Shown here piece after piece: positions 47,388-61,403 of a stretch of DNA of 64,000 nt. The notes beneath the pieces were generated by a model, which searched no databases, was not told the origin of the DNA, and was given only the letters and a program-made list of their open reading frames with translations. The stretch comes from Vitrella brassicaformis CCMP3155 (Eukaryota > Protista > Chromerida). The translations under genes were made by a program, and so were the position numbers. Location: contig CDMY01000448.1 of NCBI GenBank assembly GCA_001179505.1, forward strand, positions 1-64,000, read 5' to 3'. Numbering within the stretch: position 1 is the stretch's first letter; each line of letters opens with the position of its first letter.

Positions 47388-47583
47388 TTTCTTCTCAGCG
47401 AGCTCAGCTCCCCCCAGCGGCCCCCGCATGCATGCCATTGCAGACGTCTTTTCCGTCTCTGAAATATTCACTGGATGAGCTTTTTTCGGCGATTTCTTGC
47501 CGCTCCTTCGAAAACTGGTGGTGCTTCGGCCCTCGGCTCGCAAAAAGCCGGTTTTCCGGAAGAATCTCCCCCCGTCTGCAAAA

Positions 47584-49108
47584 ATGGCGCTTGTGTTGCC
47601 TCACGAGGTCTGGCGAGACCAGGTGGTGTCCAATCTCGGCGTCTGCGACGTCAGCAGGGTCAGATCCTCGTCACGCCCCAGCGGCACCTCCGTCATCGGC
47701 TGTGATTTCATCTTGCGGCGCATCGACGCATTGCTGAGGCGCTATGGGCTGAGTGGGCTGATTGACGTCGATAGACATGGCGGGGCGGCTGGGGCGGCTC
47801 CGCTGCCCGGCGGCCTCTCGCGCATCGACTACCTGTGCCCGCGTGCTGTATCTGCTGGAGCGTGGTGGCCGTCGGTGGGCGTGGCTGGGCGGCTTCCTCC
47901 GCTTGGCGGCCATCTATCGGCTGACCCCCACGATGCCTCTGGTGATATCGGCTGAGTGGGTGCAGCAGCACTGGCCCATCAGGGCCGCCCTGCACCAGCT
48001 GCAGCTCTCATTGGCCGTCTACAAGACCATCGGCCATCTGCTCAGCTACCAGGGCGACAGCCTGGCCCTGACCACAGACGAGCAGACTGGCGAGAATGGC
48101 GAGGTCAGTCACATCAGACGGGACATTCACGAGTGACGTGTGCTGTCGTCATGCCGTTGCCATACGTCTGTGTCTGCAGGATGGTGGGCCTGACGAGAGC
48201 AGTGGCGAGAATGAGGACCGCCAGGAGGGCGAGGTGGCGGAGCCGATAGAGCAGGATGGTGACGAGCAGGTGAGCGACACGTGCTGCACTCCTGACGCAC
48301 ACAGACGTGTGGATGCCACGGTATCGACCTGTTGTAGGATGATTTGATGGAGAGTGTCCCCGACCAAGGGCAGCACGAGCCTCCCCTGCCTCCCTGCCCC
48401 TCTGCCTCCGAATACGACACCTGGCACTGGTGCCGCAGCGGGGCTCCCCCCTCACAAGAAGGCGATGACGAGAGTGACGAGAGTGATGAGAGTTACGAGA
48501 GTGACGACAGTGACGACCACCACAACTATCCCCACAAGGTCGGCGATGTGCGGTTCTGCATTCTGCCGACCGATGAGGCCCCGGGCAACCAGCCCTACGA
48601 CACAGACGACCCGGCCGTTGAGGAGGACGGTGTTTTCCGCTACTCGTCATCCTCGGCCTTCATGACGGACAACCTCATGTGCTACTGGTCCGGTCGCGAA
48701 GGAGCCGAGGATGAGGCAGCGGGCGACCAGGAGATCCTGATGGCGTCAGTCCCACGCAATGATGCCCGTCTTCGGTCCCTCATGGCCACAGAGGCCTTCG
48801 GCGACTGCATCGTGGCGGACACGCATGACGAGGATGGGGGGGATCTGCCTTTGGGACGCACCGTGGTGCTGTGTGGCCACCGGTCGAATGAGACCGTCGC
48901 TGCGCACCTGCGAGTTGCGCGTTGGAGCACACACATTGACATAGAGATCTTCACGACAGAGGGGTGTGTGGGTGGCGGTGTGTCTGTGGATGAGTGCTAT
49001 CCCATTACCGTCCGCCATGCCCGTGATGTGCTCAGACGAGTCAGACTAGAGAGGGAGGTGGTAGACCAGGGCAGGCGCATGGATGACGACGACGACGACG
49101 ACGAGTAG
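47584..49108 (+). pseudogene. Lineage-specific multicopy family, copy 3, with a +1 frameshift in exon 1 (pseudogene or assembly error) and a different linker-exon set
   Basis: TGCCCGCG at 47836-47843 versus TGCCGCG in copies 1 and 2 splits exon 1 between ORFs 47497-47955 and 47762-48136. The C-domain exon ends at 49108. Confidence 0.75.
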
Positions 49109-49565
49109 TCACCCACGTTGCCTGTTCGTGGGAGGCTTCGCGCGTTGAGTGTGCGCCTGTCTGTCTGTCTGTCTGCCTGTCGACTCGTTTTGCTGTCCGC
49201 TCAGAGATGGACGGCCTTGGCCTTCATTCGATGAGTTGTGTTTCAGTCAATCCTGCGTGCCACCTCTACCACACCACACCGCACCCCGCCACACCACACC
49301 ACACCACACACGTGCACACGAGGAAATGTCATAGTGTTTGAGAGCCGCCACTCAGCGCGCATTCTTTATCAATCATCTCATCTCGTGTAGAGAGAGCTAC
49401 ACACAAATACTTCCTGTCCAGTCAGCAAAACCGGCAGAATATACGACATGAAGCGACAGACAGACAAGACAGACAGACAGACAGAGAGGCCGGCCCGGTC
49501 ATCCATCTATCTGTGTGGATCTGCGCCACCCACTGTGGTTGGGTAGGTGACTGGCTGCTGGTCAG

Positions 49566-52500
49566 TCAGTCAGCCCGTCCATCCCCCATCCCCCCAGTCT
49601 GCTCGCCCTTGCCCTCCGCCGCACCACCGACTGACACGTGTCTTCTCAACCCTTCCTGACCACCCCTCAATCCTTGCTGATGATGAACGGCCGCAGAGGA
49701 GGGGCCACCACCCACACCTGTGGCCACACGCACCCCTCTCCGCTGCCGCATCAACGTCTGGTCCTGTCTGGCGGCCTCGTCACGATCCTCCTCTGGAATA
49801 TATGTCAGATCCGTCTGCCCCCTTGCCAGATGGTGGTGGTGCTGCTGCTGATGATGAGTGGCGCTGCCAGGGGGTGGAGGGACAGGGATCGGCTGCCGCG
49901 GGAAAAGCGACGACATGGGCGAGTCTCCGTCGGTGCTGGAGCCGTAGAATCGCTCTCGCTCCCTGAGGTTGCTCTCTCGGTGGGTGAGGAAGGGGAACTG
50001 GAATGGCTGGAAGATGCTGTCGGCGTCAGAAGACGATGCGCATTGGATGAGGTAGTGGCCCACTGCGTCGCTTGCGTTGGGGTGGGCGGGGGTGAATGAG
50101 GGCGGCAGGAAGGCCGACAAATCGCGCACACACTGGCAGACAGACAGACAGACAGAGAGGCGGACAGCAGGAGAGACACGCCGTCCACGTGCTCTGTGTC
50201 TTCTCTGGGAGGCATCTTCGCATTCCCTACTTGAGTGGCGGCGATGAGTCGATGGTCAAGTTCCCTTTGGTCCGGCACCCTCACCCACCAGTGCGTCACA
50301 AACCTCCCCAGCCAGTCGACCCATCCGCTCACCCACTCAACCGCCACACTCCACATCGACACCACCGGCCGCCACCTCAACCACGCTCTCAATCCCCGGC
50401 TGTCTCGAGCACTGGCCTGCACACGTGGTAAAGGTGGGGGAGGGGGGCCGGCCTCACGCAGCGAGCCTGAGCGCGCCAAAGGCGTGTTGCGGTAGGGGGG
50501 AGCGGGGTGTGGGTGTCGCCTTTTCGGCTGCTGCTGCGGCTTTGTGGCTGCTGCAGCAGGCTCTTCGGCTTTGCGATTGGCGACGGGTGGGCTGTGTTGA
50601 TGGTTGTCGTCCTCCGCCTTTATCGCAGCAGCCTTGGGGATCCACGGCAGCTTTGTCGTGTCTGCGGCCTCACTTGCTGGTGGCTGTGGCTGCGGCTGCG
50701 GCAATGGTGCCTCCTCTTCCTGTGTATTCCGCCTTGTTCCACTCCTTCCCCCACCCCCACCCCCAGCGGCAGCGGCAGTTGGCTCGCTGAAGAGCCCTAT
50801 CTTGCCTTTGCCGCTCTTGAGCTTGCTGACAAGAAGGTTGTTCTCCCACTGCGACAGTAGGTGCTGCAGAGGACCTTGCTGCTGCTGTTGTCTCTGCTGC
50901 TGCTGTCTCTGTCTCTGCTGCTCTCGGTCTGGGTGGTCCTGTGTGGTGGTGATAGTGGGGGTGGGTGTGTGTGAGGGGGATGCAGGCGCGTCACGGTCCC
51001 CGCTGATGTCCATGAAAGTGGGGTGGGGCTGGGGAGGCGGCGGAATGTGTGGATGGTGGCTGTGGGCGGCCGACAGGGCATCACGCGGCGGGGAAGACAG
51101 AGACCGCGGGTGGCCGTGGCTCGGCTGGGGAGATGACGATGCTGAGAGGGACTGTGTCGTCTTGCCTTCCGCTCTCAATGTAGGGTCGGACTTGATGGCC
51201 TTGACCAGCACCCATCCGAACACCGCCGTGCGCACGATCAGCTGTGGCAGCATCGACAGGAGGAAGAGGCCGATCGACACGAGCCCGCCGCCACAGAGGA
51301 TGATGAGCAGCCCCAGCCGGCTGATGTCCTCGTCTTGCCACCCGAAGGCCACTCTGATCTTCTCCCCCAGGCACGCAATGCCGCCGGCGAGTTTCTGCAC
51401 GCCGCCCATGAGCTTCTGCGTGTTGTGGAAGGACTCGAGCACCGACCCCTCGGGCAGGGCATTGCCGAAAACTGGGAAGGGGTGGCCGTCCTGGTCGATG
51501 GCCACCAGGTCGAAAGCGCCGAAGGGCGTGTCGACGCCCCATCCCTGCTCTCGCTTCGCCTGCGACAACACGGATGGGTGAGCGCCGCTCGACGTGGGCG
51601 TGGCCGTCTCGTCGCCGCTGCCCACCCCATTTGGCTGTCGTTGAGGCGCCTCTGCCGCCGATCCCCAGTTGCTGTGGTCGCCGTGAGTGGTGGCTGACGG
51701 ATGGTGTGCCGCTGCCTTTGGCTGCTGGTCGTGCATGGGGGGCGCCTTGGCGGGGGATGCCGGCTGGGAGGGCACTAGGGGCGAGAGAAACGACGCGTCA
51801 GCCGGCCACTGGGGGAAGGCGAACGGCCCCTTGCTCTGCAGCGCGTCCCAGAGAGACGAGAGGGCCTTCCTGCTCCTGCTGAAATCAGGCGCATCCTGCT
51901 GCGAGAGCTGCCGTGGGAGGGACCTCTTGAGGATGCCTCCTCCCCCTCCCCCTCCCCCGGCCTTTGGCGTGATGGCCGCACCCACAGTGGTGCTGCGGGG
52001 GCTCCTCACCGTGGCCACCTTCCTCTCAACAAGGCCTTCCGAGTGGTTGCCAGCCAGGTCGTCGAAATGCCGGTCTAGGGCGCGTTTCGCCAGCCGCCCT
52101 GCGCGCTCATCCACTGGCTCTTCGCGCATCGCCGCCTCGAGTAGCCGTGGGCGGATCACCAGGTCGCTGTCAGAGCAGTTTCGCCGCATGGTGTCAGGCG
52201 TGGGTGCCTCCTCAGCTCCCGTTGTGGACCCGCCGACGTCACTCATGGCGCGTCGGAGAGGCAGCGACTGCCATTGAGAGGACAGCAGCACGAGCAACGA
52301 TGAGGGGTCCAGCTGCTCCTGATCCGGCATGTCAGCTTTGGCCGCCACGGGCGGCGACATGGCCGACGCCATCGGCCGGGTCGACGCCTCCGATGCCTCT
52401 TCTGTCTGCTTGATGGGCAGTGTTCTGGCGCCGGTCTGTCTGGCGAGCGTCGAGAGCTTGAATGGGTTGCGCCTGGTGCGGCCGATGGAAGCAAACGATC

Positions 52501-53404
52501 TCATGAGAGAGCGCAGCGGCTTCGGTGGCTGGCCGGGGAAGACCGGCGTGGGCATAGACGCAGGGGGCTTCCTCGTGCGCGGCTGTGCTTGTGGCTGTGG
52601 CTGTGGTTGTGGCTGGTCCTCGGCCTTGAGAGGGGGAAGGAGAGGGGCCTGGTCGGGGGACGACGTGGTGGATGCCGGCAGGGACGGCTGGTCGATCGCC
52701 CCGGGCTGGCTGAACAGTGGCCGCATGAAGCTCAGCAACGGGCTCGGCACACCGCCATCAGCAGCACCTGTTGCTGCTGCTGCTGCTCGCTTCTTGGCGC
52801 CGTCCCCCTTATGCTGCGGGGTGCTCTTTGCACGGTGCCTTGCCGTCCCTGCTGCCGCTGCTGACCGTTTCGGGTGCAGCTGCCTGTCATCCGGCCACCA
52901 CGCGTAGAAGAGCGAGATGCAGACGAGGCAGCAGGACACGCACGCGGGGATCTGCCACATGGGGGCGCGGACGACGGCAAATGCGAGGAACGACCAGAAG
53001 GCGGCCACCAGGAGGCTCTGTGCCGGCGTGCGGTAGGCCGCGGGGTCGTTGCTGAGCAGATGGAGGAACTTCTTGGTCCACCGTGGGTGGTGCTGCGTCA
53101 GCTGCTCAACCCGCTTCACGTAAGACTCCATCAGCTGACAACGGGCCGCAAACACACCACACTCATGAGTGGATGCGCGTGTGTGAGTGGTACTTAGGCA
53201 CTTGCGCGTGGCTGCCTACTTACTTGTGGCTCGACACGGTCGGGCACGATCCACTCCTGGTATGGTGGTTGTGTGTTGAGGTGGACGCAGCGCGTGAATG
53301 AGGGGTATGGTGAGGTGAAGGCGATGCGCAGATGGAGGAAGCCCAGCGTGACGCCAGGGCCTTTCATGCCCCACTCCGGGTGACCTGACCACCGACAAAG
53401 AACA

Positions 53405-53437
<33 letters not shown>

Positions 53438-54959
53438 GTAGCTAGCTAGCTAGCTAGCAGCGTGTCCTGCCTTGCTTCCTCCCTGCCTGCCTCCCTGCCT
53501 CACCTCTGACGGCCCTGTGGTATTTGTTTTCCCTGTCGCCCTCTTCATATGGGTAGAGGTGCACCCAGAAGTCGGCCACCTTGCGCTCGCCCCGGTAGGC
53601 CGCACGGTCTCGCGCCGCCTCCTCCACACCCGACACCGACACGTCCACCACTCGCCCCCTCTCCCTCCCCTGCTGACCCAGCACCGCACCGCGCATCTTC
53701 TCGGCCTCCTTCGGACGATCGAACGCCTGGAACTCCCTCTTGAGGTCCTCGAGAAAGCTCTGCGGCTGCGAGAACCGCCTCTCCTTCTTTGGCTTCTCGG
53801 TGGTATCCTGGTCGGGGGATAAGGGCGGCTGGAGGCCCTCTGCGTGATGCACCTGGGCGAAGAAGTGCTCACTGTCGCAGCTGAGGAGGTTGGCGATGGG
53901 GATAATGGCGCGTGCGTAGCCGATGGAGGGCGGGAGGGGGGAGGGGGCGTGTTTCTTGGTGTGCGGCTGGAACAGGGGCTGATTGAACGGGTTGGGGGTG
54001 TCCTTGGGCGTCGTGTGGCGGACATCCACCAGGATGTCGCCGCGCAAATCACGGGGCATCAACAAAAGCGTCTGGGGCAAGCAAGGCAGAGAGAAGGAAA
54101 ACAATCACGATGGATGGAAACACACACATGCACACACGTGATTGATGCACGCACCCGGTAATACGCACCTGGTTCCAGTCCACCCGTGGGTATGGCTTCT
54201 CCATCATGACCTTGGGCGTCGTCGTGGACTTCCTGTCCTCACACGAGACCTCCACCCAATACCGCTCCCCCCTCCCACCACCCCTCCTGCCGCCCCCCAG
54301 CAGTAGCCCGCTCAACACATCAACAGAGAACTGCCACCGAGCAACCTCAGACGCCCTCTGGGGAGATGGGAATGATTCTTCTGGCGGGGGGAAGGGGCAT
54401 GGCGGGGAGGGCGAGTTAGCACGGGGGGCGGGTGACGGCTGGGCTGACTGGTGCTGCTGTTGTTGTAGTTGTGGCTGTGATTGTGGTTGACTGTGCCGTT
54501 GGCTGAAGAGCTGGACTGATCGGTTGTCCGACACATAGGCGAAGTTCTTGAGGAGGAAGTTCTTGGCGTAACGAACGGTCCAGTTGCCACTCTTGAGCTG
54601 ACAGACAGATGAACCGACAGCATACATACAGACAGTCAGACAGTCAGACGGACGTGACAAGAGATTGTTATTGATCAGATAAGTGTGCCTTGTCCCTCTC
54701 TTCGTTGGTGTGTGTTCACATCCACCACGCATAGACAGAGCTCACATTCTTGTCGATGTCCTCGAGTCCTTGCTCTAGCTTGTCGACTGACAGCCAATGA
54801 CCCACCACCTTCTCTATCCAATGCAGGCCCAGTCCTGATGGATGGATGGATGGATGGATGGATGGATGTACGGAAAACACATGAATCTTGCGGTCGGCCA
54901 TGTGTACCTTCTGTCTGCTGGTCTGATTGTTAATTACCTCGCTCGTCGGCTGCGGTCAT
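49566..54959 (-). CDS. C2-domain and PRT_C-like transmembrane protein (MCTP-like) with long low-complexity insertions; 5' end approximate
   Basis: C2-like exons (YWVEVSCEDRKSTT..PYPRVDWNQ, GDILVDV, IGYARAIIPI, WVHLYP, LGFLHLRI); a TM pair; then QKLMGGVQKLAGGIACLGEKIRVAFGWQDEDISRLG...FVTHWWVRVPDQREL, typical of PRT_C. Confidence 0.7.
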
Positions 54960-55265
54960 TGCGGCAACGGAGCCCCGCCAATCATGTCAGAATGGCTGCA
55001 TTCTCGTACGTGAATGCATTGGACAGCGACCTTTCTTCTTCTTCTCTCTTTTCTTCTTTTCTCCCCTCCCCGCGAGCTTATGTGGGGAGCTCGCAGGACC
55101 CCCGATCTCCCCCCACTTTGTTCCTTTTTCCCTTCCCGTCACACAGCCCCGTTCCCATCCATCCCCTTTGCGTGAAACTGCCCACCCCACATCCATTCAG
55201 ACTCCCACCCCACATCCCGTCCTTCCAACGTTCCCCCCCTCAGTTTCCTTTGTCTGTCCTTGACG

Positions 55266-57389
<2,124 letters not shown>

Positions 57390-58071
57390 ACAAGTCAAGG
57401 GAGGCACAGACAGACATATATATTCAGTGCAACCAACGGTCCAAGCTGTCATCCATATTATCTGTCTCCGTCTGCGGTCGGCCGAAAAACAAATGGCTGC
57501 TTCCTTTCCTCCTTTTTGCCTTGCCGTGTTGTTGCTTGTTGGTACTGTTGTCTGACGAACGAAGAAGCGAAGAGAGCTTGTTGTTCAGTTGTCTGCACAT
57601 GTGCTAGTTTCAGGTCTGATGAGCGAACGAACAGGAACAGAGGCAGCTGAACTATCGGCTGCCTAATCGATCGACCAAAGCCCACACACATATGTACATT
57701 CTTTGTACGAGAAAACGCCACGCCCCAGCTGACGGAAAAACAGGGGGGCTGGTATGCTGGATGACGACACATCAATCTGATCTGCCAAGGATCTACGTAC
57801 CGTACCGTCCGCTTGCGCGTCGCGTCAACCCACCCGGCCACCCTTCCACCAGGCCCACCCACATTACATTCACCAACGCACGCAACGCAGGCCATCGATA
57901 GATACACTTTGACCCATATCTATCGACAGACATTGGGACACGTCACAGCATCAGACAGACAAAAAACACAACGAACGAAAAACAAAGAGCGATCGAACCA
58001 ATAGCTAGGCTGCCTGGTACACGTACGTCACAGATAAACCACGTCACGGCTCCAAAACACACATGATGTGT

Positions 58072-60365
58072 CTAATTAATTGTCCAGCGTCCCCGACCGG
58101 CCCCTGCGCAGAGCCCCCTCCCCATTCATGGTCGTGTCAGCCACCAGTGGGCCATCGGCGCACGCATCGAACTGCACAACACACCACAGAACGTACGTAC
58201 GCACAATCAGACATACATGCATTTGGCATCCATCCGTCCGTCGATCTCACCTGCGTCTGTTGGATGATGTCCGCTTCGTCGGTGTCGGTGTCGCTGGCCG
58301 TGTCTGTCTCGGTGCCGGCGTCTTTGCTGTCGGTCACCTTGGTGTATGGGACGCCGCTGCTGCTGCTGCCGGTGGGCGTGACTCGGTCGCGCTTGTAGGT
58401 GAAATGCAAAGAGCCGAACACCACAAAGCACACCGACCACGGAATCAGCTGACACGCGACACACAGGCAGGCAGGCAGGCAGGCACGGGCTTTACACACG
58501 AATGGTGTCCTCTCTCACATCGGTCACTTACCATGGCCACGGTCAGGGAGTTCGCGAGAGCATTCAGGTTGTGGGTGCGGACCTCCTCGGCCATGCTCTT
58601 GACATCCTCTGTCTGCATCTTGTAACCGTAAAACATCTGCAGCCGATCCCCACGCACAGCAAACGATACATACCCGCACACGTATACACAAAAGGAAAGT
58701 TACGCCGGCCCGGCCACACTATACCTTAGCCAGGAGGGCCACGGTTGGTACGCCGAACAAAGCCGCAGAGGAGCCCTCAATCGCCACCAACCACGAGAAG
58801 ATGGTGGCGCGGTCACATGGGTCGACGATATCGGTGAGCACCGGCCTGTTGGTGGCCGACGGACACCACGACGCCACCTAAACACATACATATTCGACAC
58901 AGCATGCTTATGCTTACACACCAAGGCCCTTTCTCGCCCTCACTTACGAGGCCAAGGAGGAGCATCAGGACGAAGTAGCCGAAAAACCACTCCGGCAATC
59001 GTGGCATAAGCTGCAGGATAATCGCCGTCGTGGGGATGCCCAGGAACACCGACAGCTGTGCAGCGAGCGGCCGCCCGTGTGCGTCGCTCCATTTGGCGAG
59101 CTTGTCCCCCACATAGCCGCCGAGCAGCCCCCCCAGCCCTCCACCTGCCTGCAGAGCGGCCCAAAGCACAGCTGCCTGGCCGTCCTCCATCTTCATGTAC
59201 TGAAAGTATACACACTTCATGGTATGCATTGCGATCAATGATCCGTGTACGAAGTCACTCGACGACCAACCTGAAAGTACATCGTAAACCAGCCTTCTTG
59301 GTTGCAGCGAACGAATAACAGGCATAGGCATGGATGCAGTGCACAGCGGGAATGAGTGATTGATCGGATGAGCGGTGCTTTGATACACTCCTCACTCATT
59401 GCGTTCCAAGGGACGGCGCCTGCATGAGTGAGCATGTATATGGATATCGACATCATGTATGAGCACTCATTGCTGACCGAAGATGCCTTGGCCCGCGAGG
59501 CACCAGAAGCTCGGCTTACGAAGCGACCGCATCAGCTTCCGAGTCTCGCGCTTGACGCCGGCACATACGCGCGATACACGAGTAACACCCTGATAGCAGG
59601 TGGAAGTGAATGTGAGGTATTGTTGATGCGCCGGTGCGTGTGAATGGATACGGACCTGTGCTGTGGGAGTCATGGGCGCGCTGTGTCTGGGCACTTGGAG
59701 GTTTGACGCACAGATGACGACACCCAGGCCTACACTCATCAGGCCGACCATGATAAACCCGACTCGCCACCCAGACACGCCTGCAGTGCAGCCCTCACAA
59801 CACACACAATGCGCAAAAGGATGCATGGCCTGGCACTAGCTGTATATCTCACTACCCACCCAGCAGGGCCATCTGTGACACGGTGGTGATGACCAGGCTG
59901 CCTATGATGCCGCCAAAGTTCTGCGACAGCTGCACCCAGCCAAAAGCGATACCTCGCTCGTCCACCGCAAAGAGGTCAGCAATCATGCTGCACAAAGTCC
60001 AGCAGGCGCCCTATCGACTTGACTTGCGTCTGCCTTACCCACCGCACCCACATGTGGCGCGGGCCCTACCTTTGGGAGAGCGGGCCCACACCTGACCATC
60101 AGATACACATACAGACACCAAACGACGCATGTGTCGCCTGTGTCCATGTAAGTGTGTTACGTGTGTGCTGCACCTACTCGCAAGAGCTATGCCGTTGATC
60201 GACCGCAGGATGGCCATCTGGCACCCAACGCAGATGTCAATCGTGTGTGCCGACACCATATCCGTTGCCCATCCCTCCGCCAATGCTCACCTCCCACAGG
60301 GTCGACGAAGCCGCCAGGACTATGGTCACCACCCCCCAAAGGACACACCCGACACACAGCACACT

Positions 60366-60397
<32 letters not shown>

Positions 60398-61088
60398 GGC
60401 AGGCAGGCACAGACAGGCAGGCAGGCAGGCAGGCGCGCGACACGCACGGGCAGACAAACAGTGAGCGTTCGTGCTTGTCTGTCTACGTGTGGTCTCTATA
60501 CTTTGGCCTGCTGTAGCGGTCCGCAAGGAAGCCCCACAAGGGCGCAGACAGTGATTGGAACAGGCATTGGTAGAGGGACAGCTGGCCCAAATCAGTTGGC
60601 TGCAGCTGCAACTCCCTTTCCAGTGCACGGAAAGTCGATGGTAGCAGCTGCCAATCGGCACCTGAGCCCACACAGGGAGGCCACAACCACACCAACGCTG
60701 CGTGGTGGCCACACCGGGTCTCCCGTGCAGTGCATCGAGAGGCGGCTCACCGTCGAGAGCACACGCCATATTGAGAAGATTCTGATAACAAGCAGATGCA
60801 CATCCACGCACAGAAACCACCGCACCCCTGCTATCCCATTTGCTTACGTACTTGGGTTTTCCTCCTGACCGCATCGTCACTGTCGGCGCACTTTTGCAAA
60901 GCGGCAGCGTCAGCTGTGCTGTCGTCATCCACACACAGCACCGACAGAGAGGCCCCGTCACGCAGCGCCTTCATTGCCACAGCTGCTGCACCAGCGGCAC
61001 TTCAGTCAGCACCAGTCAGCACACCACAACGAGGATCTTGCTGCCCGTTGCCTGAAGCCGCGGATCTGGTCTGTGGTCTGTGTGGCAT
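58072..61088 (-). CDS. MFS transporter, spinster-like (multi-exon; both ends approximate)
   Basis: Spliced NLLNMACALD|GADWQLLPSTF...LWGFLADRYSR, MIADLFAVDERGIAFG and GGYVGDKLAKWSDAHGRPL; multiple hydrophobic exons. Confidence 0.85.
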
Positions 61089-61403
61089 TACAGACGGCGC
61101 AAAGAACGGGTTCTTCGCCTCGCCTTTCTCCTGCGCTTCCACGATAGTAACGAAAAGGCCGGGAAAAGCCGACAAGGAACAAAAGCGAGAGAGGAAAAAA
61201 CTCCCGATCGCTTCTGCGAGCTCAGAAGTGCAAAACCAACTTGTGCCAGAAAAAGGCTTAGGTATCGTGTGCAGCACAGAGAATGCCATCAGGAACAAGA
61301 TCCTGCAGAAACGCATTGTTCTCCTTCCATCCCCTTTGACTGACTGCCGGCGTTGTTGCCACAGAGGCGTCCATATCTGTCCATCGGGAAATCCACGATT
61401 GTC

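Noticed and set aside
53439-53458. (TAGC)5 self-complementary repeat
   Set aside because: Short intronic microsatellite seen only once; no evidence of function.
60662-60750. Apparent frameshift at the start of the MFS transporter
   Set aside because: Resolved by an 89-nt GT-AG intron that yields the expected ALD|GADWQLLP motif.
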